Positions 34,908 to 42,938 of a stretch of DNA of 45,789 nt are shown here, in pieces. This stretch comes from a virus. Its lineage: Duplodnaviria > Caudoviricetes. The DNA lies in IMG/VR virus record IMGVR_UViG_3300018080_000041, positions 1-45,789 of that record. One strand, 5' to 3'. Every line of letters begins with the position of its first letter. Within the stretch, counting starts at the first letter, position 1. The position numbers were made by a program, and so were the translations under genes. A model generated the notes under the pieces. The model was not told the DNA's origin and made no database searches. It saw only the letters and a program-made list of their open reading frames with translations.

Positions 34908-35272
34908 CAGAACTCCTTTCCGTGTTTGTGTGGTCGTGTCTCGTTAAACCGCATCTTTGCCATGATCGCCCCGCCGATATCCAGGTCGTGTGCCCCGGCG
35001 TAATCGAGAATGCGAATGATGCAGTCGGCCAGCTCAATGGTCACGCTGTCGTATTCCGGGCAGTGTTCGTCGGGGGGATTGCCGTGCCGCTCCGCCTCCA
35101 GGGCCTCGCTCAACTCGCTGTGCATCAGGGCAATGCACTCTCCGGCACCGCGGTCGTCATCCCAAAAGCCCTTCACGCAAGCCCAGGCATGGATGTCCTC
35201 CGCCAACTCGCCCAGCCAAGCAGAGGAAAACACGCCCCTCTCATCTCCCTTGTCATAAACCCGATCAGCCAT
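34907..35272 (-). CDS. MazG-like nucleotide pyrophosphohydrolase
   Basis: IALMHSELSEALE..R, ELADCIIRILD and KMRFNETRPHKHGK motifs. Confidence 0.9.
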   Translation of the reverse strand: MADRVYDKGDERGVFSSAWLGELAEDIHAWACVKGFWDDDRGAGECIALMHSELSEALEAERHGNPPDEHCPEYDSVTIELADCIIRILDYAGAHDLDIGGAIMAKMRFNETRPHKHGKEF

Positions 35273-35546
35273 GGATCACTCCTTCCTCATTGCGTTTGAA
35301 CGTCTCGCCGGTATGCGGCGATACAATCACCGACCCCTCTTGTTTATGCCGTGCAATGGATTCCGTGAGAGCCTGGATGACGGCCCGCATGTACGTGATA
35401 CGGTCACGGCGGTTCGGCAGGGCCTCGCAGATCTGCTTCCACATTCGCCGCTTGGTCAAGGTCTCCATGTTCAGCACGGCCTTTTCCTGGGCTCTCTGCT
35501 CACGCAGTCCCAGGGGCCGATTACGGCGTTTGCGGACCTTAGTCAT
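35265..35546 (-). CDS. Hypothetical basic protein
   Basis: GGAGG RBS before ATG 35546; overlaps both neighbours. Confidence 0.6.
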   Translation of the reverse strand: MTKVRKRRNRPLGLREQRAQEKAVLNMETLTKRRMWKQICEALPNRRDRITYMRAVIQALTESIARHKQEGSVIVSPHTGETFKRNEEGVIHG

Positions 35547-35736
35547 GCTCGCCTCCCTTGCGATATCCCAACGAGAGCAGTACCTCCATGTACTGCAACA
35601 CCGTTGGGAATCGGACATGGTTCTCCCGTTTCCACCGATCCATCGCCACCAGGAACTCCAAATCATCGTCCGACATTTCTTCGGGCGTCCGCGTCCGTGG
35701 TTGCCCGTCTTTCCTGGGCCGTCCTCGCTTGGCCAT
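35539..35736 (-). CDS. Small protein with AT-hook plus planctomycete-type EF..AMD.(Y/W)KR...FPT..E.L..LGYRK domain
   Basis: KRGRPRK AT-hook; C-terminal pattern recalled from a conserved Planctomycetota hypothetical family; first gene after the leftward promoter. Confidence 0.7.
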   Translation of the reverse strand: MAKRGRPRKDGQPRTRTPEEMSDDDLEFLVAMDRWKRENHVRFPTVLQYMEVLLSLGYRKGGEHD

Positions 35737-35770
35737 CCGAGCTCCGTCTCATGTCGTCCATGACGCCCCA

Positions 35771-35798
35771 ATTGTAGGCCCCAGCCCACACCTGTCAA
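35771..35798 (-). promoter_or_regulatory. Leftward sigma70-like promoter
   Basis: TTGACA-16-TACAAT on the minus strand with an AT-rich upstream tract. Confidence 0.7.
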
Positions 35799-35836
35799 CT
35801 TTATTCTACAATTTTTCACAAAAAATTACATTTCAC

Positions 35837-35874
35837 TTGGCAGACCCGTCAACAGCGTGTATACTTAGTATACA
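35837..35874 (+). promoter_or_regulatory. Rightward sigma70-like promoter with palindromic operator
   Basis: TTGGCA-17-TATACT with AT-rich UP-like tract; palindrome TGTATACT-T-AGTATACA at 35858-35874. Confidence 0.75.
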
Positions 35875-35914
35875 GAGGTCAACAAATGCTAACAGCAATC
35901 GAAAGGAGTAAGCC

Positions 35915-36265
35915 ATGAACGAGCAGTTCAGACTTGTCATCAAAATCACCAAGGGCGACCGCGTTGGCCGCATCCTCAAGCGGATGGCCAGCGGACAAAT
36001 CATCGTCTTCAACACTCGCAAGGAAGCGACGCTGGCCCTGACAGAATTCCTGGCTGATGCACACGCCCTCATCCAGTACGTGCCAAGCAAATTCCAAATG
36101 TTCGGCTTGATCTGCATCCACGACGAGAAGACCGGCGACATCACCGACGTTGAACCCTTCTTCGTGCAGCGGCACACGGACGAATTCCCGGGGATCGTAG
36201 CTAACGACCCCACACTCGAAGAGGCCGAAGCCCTGATGGCAGAAGTCACAGAGCCAAGGGAATGA
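35915..36265 (+). CDS. Hypothetical protein (first gene of the plus-strand accessory operon)
   Basis: AAAGGAG RBS, downstream of the promoter. Confidence 0.75.
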   Translation: MNEQFRLVIKITKGDRVGRILKRMASGQIIVFNTRKEATLALTEFLADAHALIQYVPSKFQMFGLICIHDEKTGDITDVEPFFVQRHTDEFPGIVANDPTLEEAEALMAEVTEPRE

Positions 36266-36292
36266 GAATGCAGTTGGTCGGTTCAAGCTCGC

Positions 36293-36374
36293 ATGACTCC
36301 CGACACCGTGCTCATGCGTGAGCACGGACTCGGCAGCCAAAAAGCAATGACCACGACAAAGCAAAGGGAGTCAT
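36293..36374 (+). promoter_or_regulatory. RBS-sequestering RNA structure
   Basis: ATGACTCCC (36293-36301) complements GGGAGTCAT (36366-36374, the RBS); internal perfect hairpin CCGTGCTCA-TGCG-TGAGCACGG. Confidence 0.5.
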
Positions 36375-36375
36375 C

Positions 36376-36675
36376 ATGGGCGAGGAACTAAAAACCTACA
36401 AGGCCGGAACCATCATTAAGATCAACGACGGAGCCGATGCTGCACTTTACATGCTGGCCCGCGTTGGGTGCTCGTGGGGCAATACCGTAGCAGAACGCCG
36501 GACTGCCTACACGCTGATCTGCCTGAAGGATGGCAATCGGTGGTGCCCAATCAAATGGCTCCGGGGAATCATGACAGGCCTCACCATCGAGCAACTGGAA
36601 GACGTACTGGAGCTGGCAGACGTCAACTGTACGATCCTGCCCCCAGGAGTCGAGATCACAATCAAGTCACGCTAA
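36376..36675 (+). CDS. Hypothetical protein
   Basis: GGGAG RBS; 99 aa. Confidence 0.7.
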   Translation: MGEELKTYKAGTIIKINDGADAALYMLARVGCSWGNTVAERRTAYTLICLKDGNRWCPIKWLRGIMTGLTIEQLEDVLELADVNCTILPPGVEITIKSR

Positions 36676-36712
36676 TCAACCTTCACATTCACATTAAGGT
36701 AAGGAGCGAACC

Positions 36713-37546
36713 ATGACACAACGGCAATTGAACAAGCAAGTCCCGGACGGTTTCCTGATGCACTGCGGGGCCAAGATGGCTACCGTTAACGAATTGGAAG
36801 CGGTCCCGGTGGGGCCGGGCTCGGCGACGTACCAGCCCATCGCCCACGCCGTATTCCGCAATACGGTCATGGACGCCATCCGGGAACGCAACCTGGTGGT
36901 CAGCCGTGAGCATTGGGCACTGTCCACCAAGGACTATGCCAGCGGCGACCCAACCGTGTACAGCGGGCCAGGGGCCAGGATGTTTGGGATCATCGGACTG
37001 GTCGGCAAGCACGACGACCGCGAGGCCTTCTTGGGGTTGCGGAACAGCACCGACAAGACGATCAAGATTGGATTCGCAATCGGCCACCGCATTTTCATCT
37101 GCGACAACCTGGCCCTCAGCGGTAACTACGTGGTGTTCAAACGACACACGTCTCGCCTCGATCTAACTCACGAAGTCAACACCGGAATGGACAATGCCTT
37201 GGATGGACTCCGCGACTGGGATCACTTCGTTGAACGCATGGGCAACACGGCATGTCCCAATCACAAGTTCGACCGCGTAATCGCAGGGCTCATCCAGGGG
37301 CAGGCACTACCTGGCAAAACGGCCTACGAAATGCTCCGGGCATGGTACGATCAGAAGGCTCCCGACGACCGCCCAGATCTCCAGCAGAGGCTCACCCTGG
37401 CCCCGTACAACGACGGCACAGCCTGGAGCGTCCACAACCTCTGGACCGACCTGGTGGGCCGTCGGCAGAACCTGGTCGCCCCAGGTGGTACGACCCTGCG
37501 ACGCCACTCGGTCTTGAACCGCACCATCGAAACTCACCTGCTCTAG
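36713..37546 (+). CDS. DUF932-family protein
   Basis: TYQPIAH, RMFG, LGLRNSTDKT, G.RIFICDNL and KRHT motifs; AAGGAG RBS. Confidence 0.85.
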   Translation: MTQRQLNKQVPDGFLMHCGAKMATVNELEAVPVGPGSATYQPIAHAVFRNTVMDAIRERNLVVSREHWALSTKDYASGDPTVYSGPGARMFGIIGLVGKHDDREAFLGLRNSTDKTIKIGFAIGHRIFICDNLALSGNYVVFKRHTSRLDLTHEVNTGMDNALDGLRDWDHFVERMGNTACPNHKFDRVIAGLIQGQALPGKTAYEMLRAWYDQKAPDDRPDLQQRLTLAPYNDGTAWSVHNLWTDLVGRRQNLVAPGGTTLRRHSVLNRTIETHLL

Positions 37547-37555
37547 AGGGCTGGA

Positions 37556-37813
37556 ATGATTATCGCGGAAGCAACACAAATCTTTGCGGCACCCACGGAT
37601 TCTTCGTGGGTGCTGCTCATCCGCAATCGGGACGGTACGCTCGCTACGATCCACGGGGTTGCGGACGGCCCAGTGAAGGTGCTCGGGTACGGATCGAGCC
37701 TCGCCGTGGCAATCCATCACTTCCTGGAGACCTGCCAGAAGCTCGGGGCCGACCTGGACCAAATCGAATACCGAGGCCACTGGTTTCAGGGGCTCGGGCC
37801 ACATCTCAACTAG
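37556..37813 (+). CDS. Hypothetical protein
   Basis: GAGG RBS; operon packing. Confidence 0.65.
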   Translation: MIIAEATQIFAAPTDSSWVLLIRNRDGTLATIHGVADGPVKVLGYGSSLAVAIHHFLETCQKLGADLDQIEYRGHWFQGLGPHLN

Positions 37814-37824
37814 GGGATCAGAGA

Positions 37825-38097
37825 ATGGAAGTCTGTGAAGTCAAACGCTGCCGCCAACCGGCATACATCACATGGCTGGGCTACGCAGTCTGCCGGAAAC
37901 ACTTCGAGATGCACTGCGAGGGAGATCTTTCACTCTGGGAGACATTCAATGTTGAAAAAACGCAGGCCAAAACCGACGCACACAACAGTCAAGCTGACAA
38001 TCGAACGGCACCAACAAGCGAGGGTTGCCCACGAGAAGGACTGCGTCCGGGCGGGGAAATGGACCCCGTTTCAGGACTGGCTGGACCGGGTGATTGA
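37825..38097 (+). CDS. Small Cys/His zinc-finger-like protein
   Basis: C-x4-C...CxxH..HC in the N-terminal half; C-terminus overlaps the next ORF. Confidence 0.5.
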   Translation: MEVCEVKRCRQPAYITWLGYAVCRKHFEMHCEGDLSLWETFNVEKTQAKTDAHNSQADNRTAPTSEGCPREGLRPGGEMDPVSGLAGPGD

Positions 38098-38116
38098 GCA
38101 GCACGTACAGGAATGA
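37949..38116 (+). CDS. Small ribbon-helix-helix-like protein
   Basis: GGAG RBS; HTTVKLT strand followed by two helices; ends just before the terminator. Confidence 0.55.
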   Translation: MLKKRRPKPTHTTVKLTIERHQQARVAHEKDCVRAGKWTPFQDWLDRVIEQHVQE

Positions 38117-38127
38117 ATCGAGAAGAG

Positions 38128-38156
38128 GGCCCCGGCGATGAACCGGGGCCTTTTTT
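38128..38156 (+). terminator. Intrinsic terminator closing the plus-strand operon (possibly bidirectional)
   Basis: GGCCCCGG-7-CCGGGGCC followed by T6; between convergent genes. Confidence 0.88.
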
Positions 38157-38428
38157 CATGGGGTCGGCACAAGGCCACGAGCCGCACCGGCCGCAGCCCC
38201 CTCGGCAGCCGCACGAATCGCATCAGCATCCGCGTCGGACGTGCTCTTCTCCCACTTGACGTACGCCCCATCGGCCAGGACCGCCTCAAACCCAGCGACT
38301 TCCGTGTCGACGAGAACGCCCATCTTCTTTGCGTGAACCTCCCCCGTCTCCGGGTAGTAGTCCACCGTCACGCTGCCGCACCCGGTCAATACGAGTGCGA
38401 CCACCACCATTACAATCAGCTTTCGCAT
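38156..38428 (-). CDS. Lipoprotein
   Basis: MRK, hydrophobic core and LTGC lipobox. Confidence 0.8.
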   Translation of the reverse strand: MRKLIVMVVVALVLTGCGSVTVDYYPETGEVHAKKMGVLVDTEVAGFEAVLADGAYVKWEKSTSDADADAIRAAAEGAAAGAARGLVPTP

Positions 38429-38649
38429 TCTGACCTCTCTTTCTCTGCTTCCAGCTCTTCGCGAAGGGCCGTCCCTTCACTCACAATCCGATCCACCAAT
38501 TCCACGACCGAACAGTTCAGGGCCCGGCAAAGCAGCCGCAACTGCACCGTGTCGGTGATGTCCAGGTACTGCTCGATCCGTGCTACGCTCATTACCTCGC
38601 ATTGCAACAGGTGAGCGATGACATCCTCGCGTTCTTCTTCCGTAAACAT
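38416..38649 (-). CDS. Hypothetical protein, possible HTH-like
   Basis: GGAG RBS; LCRALNCSVVELV resembles the C-terminal helices of XRE proteins. Confidence 0.55.
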   Translation of the reverse strand: MFTEEEREDVIAHLLQCEVMSVARIEQYLDITDTVQLRLLCRALNCSVVELVDRIVSEGTALREELEAEKERSECES

Positions 38650-38651
38650 AA

Positions 38652-39305
38652 TTAGCTCCATTTCCTGAGGTACGCTTTTAACGGGCATGCCCGAAACAAG
38701 TTCTGGGCATACCGCACCGTGAGTACTGTGGGCAACGCCCGGAGCCGCCGAGCCCGATATTCCTGCTTGCCCTTAGCAAACCGCGTCAACACCACCACGA
38801 ATCGTTCGTCCGGAAAGAGCTCGGCCATACGAATCAACTTGGTCACCGACGCCGAGTCCAATTGCCCCTTGCACTCCACCCAGTGATGCGACCCGTCCGG
38901 ATCAAACACCTGAAAGTCGGGCACGTACCTCCGAACCCTTCCGAGATCCGTAATCGCACTCCGCACACCACTGGCCTCGGCCAGCCAGCCAACGGTACGC
39001 TCCAGGGCATCCTTGACCTCGGCCGCGGAGACCAGGCCCTTCGCTGCACGGCTGATTTGCTTCGCCTTCTCCTCACAGGCCTCAGCCCTGGCCTTGAGCA
39101 CACCTGCAAAGTCGAAGACGCGAGGTTCGTACAACCAGCTCTTAACAACCTTCCTCTCAGCCCAGTAGTGCAGGTACTGGGCATAGTCGTGTTCCAACAT
39201 CGACCGGAACCGATAGCCCAAGGCCTCGCATCTCACGTTGCCCATTTTCTTCTCGACCTTCATCTTGTCTTCCAGGCCCATCCGACCCGTCGTCTTAATC
39301 TCCAT
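38652..39305 (-). CDS. PD-(D/E)xK endonuclease (T7 endonuclease I/DUF1064-like resolvase candidate)
   Basis: FRSMLE, YEP and YVPDF..WVECKG motifs, with a helical insertion. Confidence 0.82.
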   Translation of the reverse strand: MEIKTTGRMGLEDKMKVEKKMGNVRCEALGYRFRSMLEHDYAQYLHYWAERKVVKSWLYEPRVFDFAGVLKARAEACEEKAKQISRAAKGLVSAAEVKDALERTVGWLAEASGVRSAITDLGRVRRYVPDFQVFDPDGSHHWVECKGQLDSASVTKLIRMAELFPDERFVVVLTRFAKGKQEYRARRLRALPTVLTVRYAQNLFRACPLKAYLRKWS

Positions 39306-40608
39306 CGGCAACTCCTTCCTGTTCGGGCTTATCCGCGAACTGCAGAATAGTACCCCAGAAATCCATTTCAAAGAACCCCGTCGCCGCCTCGCGGTGCTTG
39401 GCGACAAAGATCTTCGTGGTCGGATCTTCGTCGCCCGTGTAGTACGCCGGTCGATGCAGCAGCAGGACAACATCCGCACGCTCCTCAATGCCCCCGGACC
39501 CACGCAGATCCGAGAGACGGGGCTCACGATCCTCGCGAGCCTCACACGCCCGGTTGAGCTGGCTCATGACAACATGGGGAATGTCGGTCTCGGTGGCCAG
39601 GGCCTGAATCGACTGCATGCGTTCGGTGAGGGCCTCGACGGGGCTGCTGTGCTGTTTGTCGTCCCGCATCTGCTGCACGTAGTCCACAAAGACAGCCTTG
39701 ATCCCATACTCGGCCCGCATCCGCAGGACCTCGGCCCGCATCGATGCCGGGGTCAAGTGGGGCCGCACGAGGATCAAGAGCGGCCAGGCACCCACCTGGA
39801 GCCTGGCCGCCTTGAGCTTCTCTTCCCAGTGGGGATTGTGCCAGAGGGCACCTGCCAACACGGGCTTGAGGGGGACACCTGCCTCCGAACATAACACACG
39901 CCGCAGGAGCTGTTCGCCGCTCATCTCGCAGGCCAGGTACAGCACGGGGTGGCCCTTGCGGCACAGGTTGCTCGCGACATTCAAACCCAGAGCCGTCTTA
40001 CCCATCGATGTGCGACCCGCCACCACCGTCACAGTGCCGCGGCCCAGCCCGAGAATATGCCGGTCCATGGTCTCGAAGCCCGTTGGCAGATAGTTGGCCG
40101 CCCGCTCGAAGCTCACACTCTGAACCAGGTCGGCCGCCAGGGCCACTTCAGTGTGCTCGTCGCGACACAGGGAGTCGAGACTGTTCCGCAGCACGGCGTA
40201 CTTTTCGGCCAGCTCCGAGGTGCCCGCGATCACCTCGCCCGCCTGCCTCAAGAAACCATGTAGTCGGCGATGCCCATAGCAGTCGCACACATGGGCCAGG
40301 TACGACTCCCAGGAACTGGCCGCTGGCACCGACTCGACGACCTCTACCAGAAATTCGACACCCCCGATCTCATCGAGTTGCCGGGTATGGGCCAGCTGCC
40401 TGCGGAGGGTCACCAGATCCACGGCCAGGCCCAACCTCGACACGGCCAGGATCGCATCGTAGAGCACCTGCATCTCCGGCCGGTAGAAGTGATCCCGGTC
40501 GATCCGGCCCGCAACCTGGGGGATGATCGCATTGTCCCACACCATCGAGGCCAGCAAGGCCGCCTCATACACCTGGCCATCTATCAGCTCCAGCTCTCGC
40601 CCCGTCAT
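39295..40608 (-). CDS. dnaB: DnaB-like replicative helicase
   Basis: AGRTSMGKT, VFVDYVQ, SQLNR, PRLSDLRGSGGIEERAD and AKHR motifs; ATGA overlap with rep. Confidence 0.95.
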   Translation of the reverse strand: MTGRELELIDGQVYEAALLASMVWDNAIIPQVAGRIDRDHFYRPEMQVLYDAILAVSRLGLAVDLVTLRRQLAHTRQLDEIGGVEFLVEVVESVPAASSWESYLAHVCDCYGHRRLHGFLRQAGEVIAGTSELAEKYAVLRNSLDSLCRDEHTEVALAADLVQSVSFERAANYLPTGFETMDRHILGLGRGTVTVVAGRTSMGKTALGLNVASNLCRKGHPVLYLACEMSGEQLLRRVLCSEAGVPLKPVLAGALWHNPHWEEKLKAARLQVGAWPLLILVRPHLTPASMRAEVLRMRAEYGIKAVFVDYVQQMRDDKQHSSPVEALTERMQSIQALATETDIPHVVMSQLNRACEAREDREPRLSDLRGSGGIEERADVVLLLHRPAYYTGDEDPTTKIFVAKHREAATGFFEMDFWGTILQFADKPEQEGVADGD

Positions 40609-41231
40609 GCCAGCCTCCGGTATTTCCGGGGCGGCCTCTCTCCGGCTTCTTTGGCGTCCTTGGCCGCGAAACTCAGGATTGTGCAATAGTGCGACTTGTA
40701 CCTCCGACCGGAGCTGCCGATGTAGTTATCCAGGCGTTCGATGAGGGCTTTCACCTGGTCGGGCCCAAATCGGTCAAGCAGCTTCTTGTGTTCAGCCTGG
40801 GTCATTTTAACCCGCTTACCCTCCCCAAACCGCTCGGCTTCCTCCATCTCCTCTTCTCTTCTCTTCTCTTCTCTACTCTCCTCTTCTCTAGGTACGTTTT
40901 TGTACGGGACTGTACAATCCTGTACAGACTCATCCGCGTCATCGTACGCTATGATGAAGCCTAGCTGTACACACCGCTGGATGACCTTGTACAACTGTTG
41001 GGAATTGGCGTGAATCGAGCCTTTCTTGGCTATGAATTTCGCGTCGTGCGGAATGGCGTTATCCATCTGGCTGGCCAACAGCCACAGCTTGACAAGAATG
41101 CCAAACTCAGCATCGGTGAGCTGGTCGATCTCGTAGTCATTCAGGAGGGATCTGTGAACCTTGATCCATTTCGGGGCCCGGTCTCGATACTGCTGGTAAC
41201 TCTCCCAGTTCCGGATCTTAAGCATTTTCAT
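40605..41231 (-). CDS. Phage replication initiator (replisome organiser)
   Basis: IRNWESYQ, WIKVHR and REEKRREEE tract; internal iterons; directly upstream of dnaB. Confidence 0.82.
   Translation of the reverse strand: MKMLKIRNWESYQQYRDRAPKWIKVHRSLLNDYEIDQLTDAEFGILVKLWLLASQMDNAIPHDAKFIAKKGSIHANSQQLYKVIQRCVQLGFIIAYDDADESVQDCTVPYKNVPREEESREEKRREEEMEEAERFGEGKRVKMTQAEHKKLLDRFGPDQVKALIERLDNYIGSSGRRYKSHYCTILSFAAKDAKEAGERPPRKYRRLA
40846..40930. repeat. Putative replication origin: (CTCTT)n tract plus four GTAC iterons at 10-bp period
   Basis: GTAC at 40892, 40902, 40912 and 40922; adjacent pyrimidine 5-mer repeats; inside the initiator gene as in lambda O. Confidence 0.72.
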
Positions 41232-41248
41232 GATGACCTCCCTGTCTC

Positions 41249-41279
41249 AAAAGGAAGGGCCGGGCACCGAGCCCGACCC
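41249..41279 (-). terminator. Terminator-like hairpin after ssb
   Basis: GGGUCGGGC/GCCCGGCCC followed by UUCCUUUU. Confidence 0.6.
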
Positions 41280-41298
41280 CGAATCGAGGGATTGACGT

Positions 41299-41787
41299 TT
41301 AGAACGGGATGTCGTCGTCCATCGGTGGCGTTTGCCATGGGCTATCATGGGACGACGATGTCTGACGTTGATCTGAAACGGCCTGAGACGGCTGCTGCTG
41401 GCCAAACGCCCCCTGGTTGGCACCATAGGCCCCCTGGTCCTGCTGGCCGCCCTGAGACGATCCCGAGGGGCTTCCCAGGAACTTCACAGACCGCACAGTC
41501 ACGATGTGCCGCTGCCGCTTGCTGCCGTCCTGGGCCTCCCACTGCTGCAGGGTTAGCTCGCCCTGAACGGCGACCTGGCTACCCTTGTCGAGATATCGGT
41601 TGACGGTCTCGGCCTGGTGAGCCCAAACCGTGCAATCCACGAAGCAAACCGACTCCTTCGGCTGACCGTTGGCGTCTGTCCATCGCTTGTTGACGGCTAG
41701 CCCGAAGTTGCACACGGCCGTCTGGTTGTTCGTGTACCGCAGCTCCGGATCGCGGGTTAGGTTACCGATGAGTACTACTACGTTCAT
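41299..41787 (-). CDS. ssb: Single-stranded DNA-binding protein
   Basis: MNVVVLIGNLTRDPELRYT N-terminus and DDDIPF tail. Confidence 0.97.
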   Translation of the reverse strand: MNVVVLIGNLTRDPELRYTNNQTAVCNFGLAVNKRWTDANGQPKESVCFVDCTVWAHQAETVNRYLDKGSQVAVQGELTLQQWEAQDGSKRQRHIVTVRSVKFLGSPSGSSQGGQQDQGAYGANQGAFGQQQPSQAVSDQRQTSSSHDSPWQTPPMDDDIPF

Positions 41788-41802
41788 GTCCGACTCCTTT
41801 CG

Positions 41803-42498
41803 CTACTGGATGACAAGCCGACTGGTCTGCACCAGCTCAGCCCCCTTGATTTTCGCTCCTTTCTTGAGCACCTCCGAGATCTGCTTCTTGTCGGGCTCAA
41901 TGCGTATGACGTCACCGTTTTTGCGGGCCGCCTCGACAACCTCGGGTGAGGGCGATTCGATACTCTTGATCCGGCACAGGAACGGATCGTCGAAGCCATC
42001 CTCCAGGACGACCTTGGGCGGGTTCTTGGCGGGCTTGAGGAGGTAGGTGCCGCCCGACAGCTTGTCGATCTTGGCTACGTCCATGTACTGCAGAACGCCG
42101 GACTTCATGCGGGCGATAATCCTCTGCACCCGCTTGCGGCCCTTGGCAATGCGATCTGCTTCGCTCTTCAGGTAGCCGTCCACCCATTCGAGTTTGAGGA
42201 TTGTGGCCGCCAGCTGCTCAACTGTCTCGGGCAGGTGGGCATGTGCCTCTACGAGCGTGGCTACCTGCTCATCCGTCAGTTCGCCATTCTCATCCGCCTC
42301 GACAGCTAACTGCCCCATGAGTTTGGTCGTCTGCCAAAACGAGAGCCCCTGGATCTCGTCTGGTTTGGCAGACGCTTCCTTGGCCACCTTCTTCTTGGTC
42401 GTCTTCTTCTTGACCACCTTGCTCTTGGTGGTTTTCCGCTTTGGTGCGGGCTCGTCGCCCTGGTAGTCTACGATTGGAAACTCTTCTTTCTTAGTCAT
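41803..42498 (-). CDS. Siphovirus Gp157-like protein
   Basis: LKSEADRI, KNPPKVV, PDKKQI and IKGAELVQ..LVI motifs; next to the annealase genes. Confidence 0.8.
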   Translation of the reverse strand: MTKKEEFPIVDYQGDEPAPKRKTTKSKVVKKKTTKKKVAKEASAKPDEIQGLSFWQTTKLMGQLAVEADENGELTDEQVATLVEAHAHLPETVEQLAATILKLEWVDGYLKSEADRIAKGRKRVQRIIARMKSGVLQYMDVAKIDKLSGGTYLLKPAKNPPKVVLEDGFDDPFLCRIKSIESPSPEVVEAARKNGDVIRIEPDKKQISEVLKKGAKIKGAELVQTSRLVIQ

Positions 42499-42509
42499 GT
42501 TCTCTCCTT

Positions 42510-42938
42510 TCAGGCCGCGACTTCATGGAATCGCGGAATCTCAATTTCGTTCGGCAGTGGAATGTAACAGCCCATCTCTTCACTGGCCCATTCACGCACC
42601 CGTCGAAGATATTCCTCGAATTCAACTGTCGTCAGGGAGGTTGTACTGCGGACCACGTCCACATCAAACCAGTCGTCGTGAACAGAGAGGAATTTTGCAG
42701 CCAGGGCCCGGTGAACACTCTCACGGTCCTGGTACGTGGCCGTTTCGATCAGGGGGATCACCACGCCCCAGTAGTAGGCGTTCTGCCGCTTACTGCGGGC
42801 CTTGCTCTTGCGGCGTACCGTGATCTCCACCAGGTCGCCCTCGCAGAACTGTTGGCACCACCGCTTCCAACGCTCCGGGGCGAGGAGCTGCAAGGCCCCT
42901 CGCACCACCTGTGCATCGTGAATGGCCGTCAGTCTCAT
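42510..42938 (-). CDS. NinB/YbcN-like recombination protein
   Basis: RSKRQNAYYWGVV and STTSLTTVEFEEYL..V..WA motifs. Confidence 0.8.
   Translation of the reverse strand: MRLTAIHDAQVVRGALQLLAPERWKRWCQQFCEGDLVEITVRRKSKARSKRQNAYYWGVVIPLIETATYQDRESVHRALAAKFLSVHDDWFDVDVVRSTTSLTTVEFEEYLRRVREWASEEMGCYIPLPNEIEIPRFHEVAA

Noticed and set aside
40846-40930. CRISPR array or microsatellite contingency locus
   Set aside because: Units are 5 and 10 bp with no spacers; they fit origin iterons and the REEKR tract of initiators.
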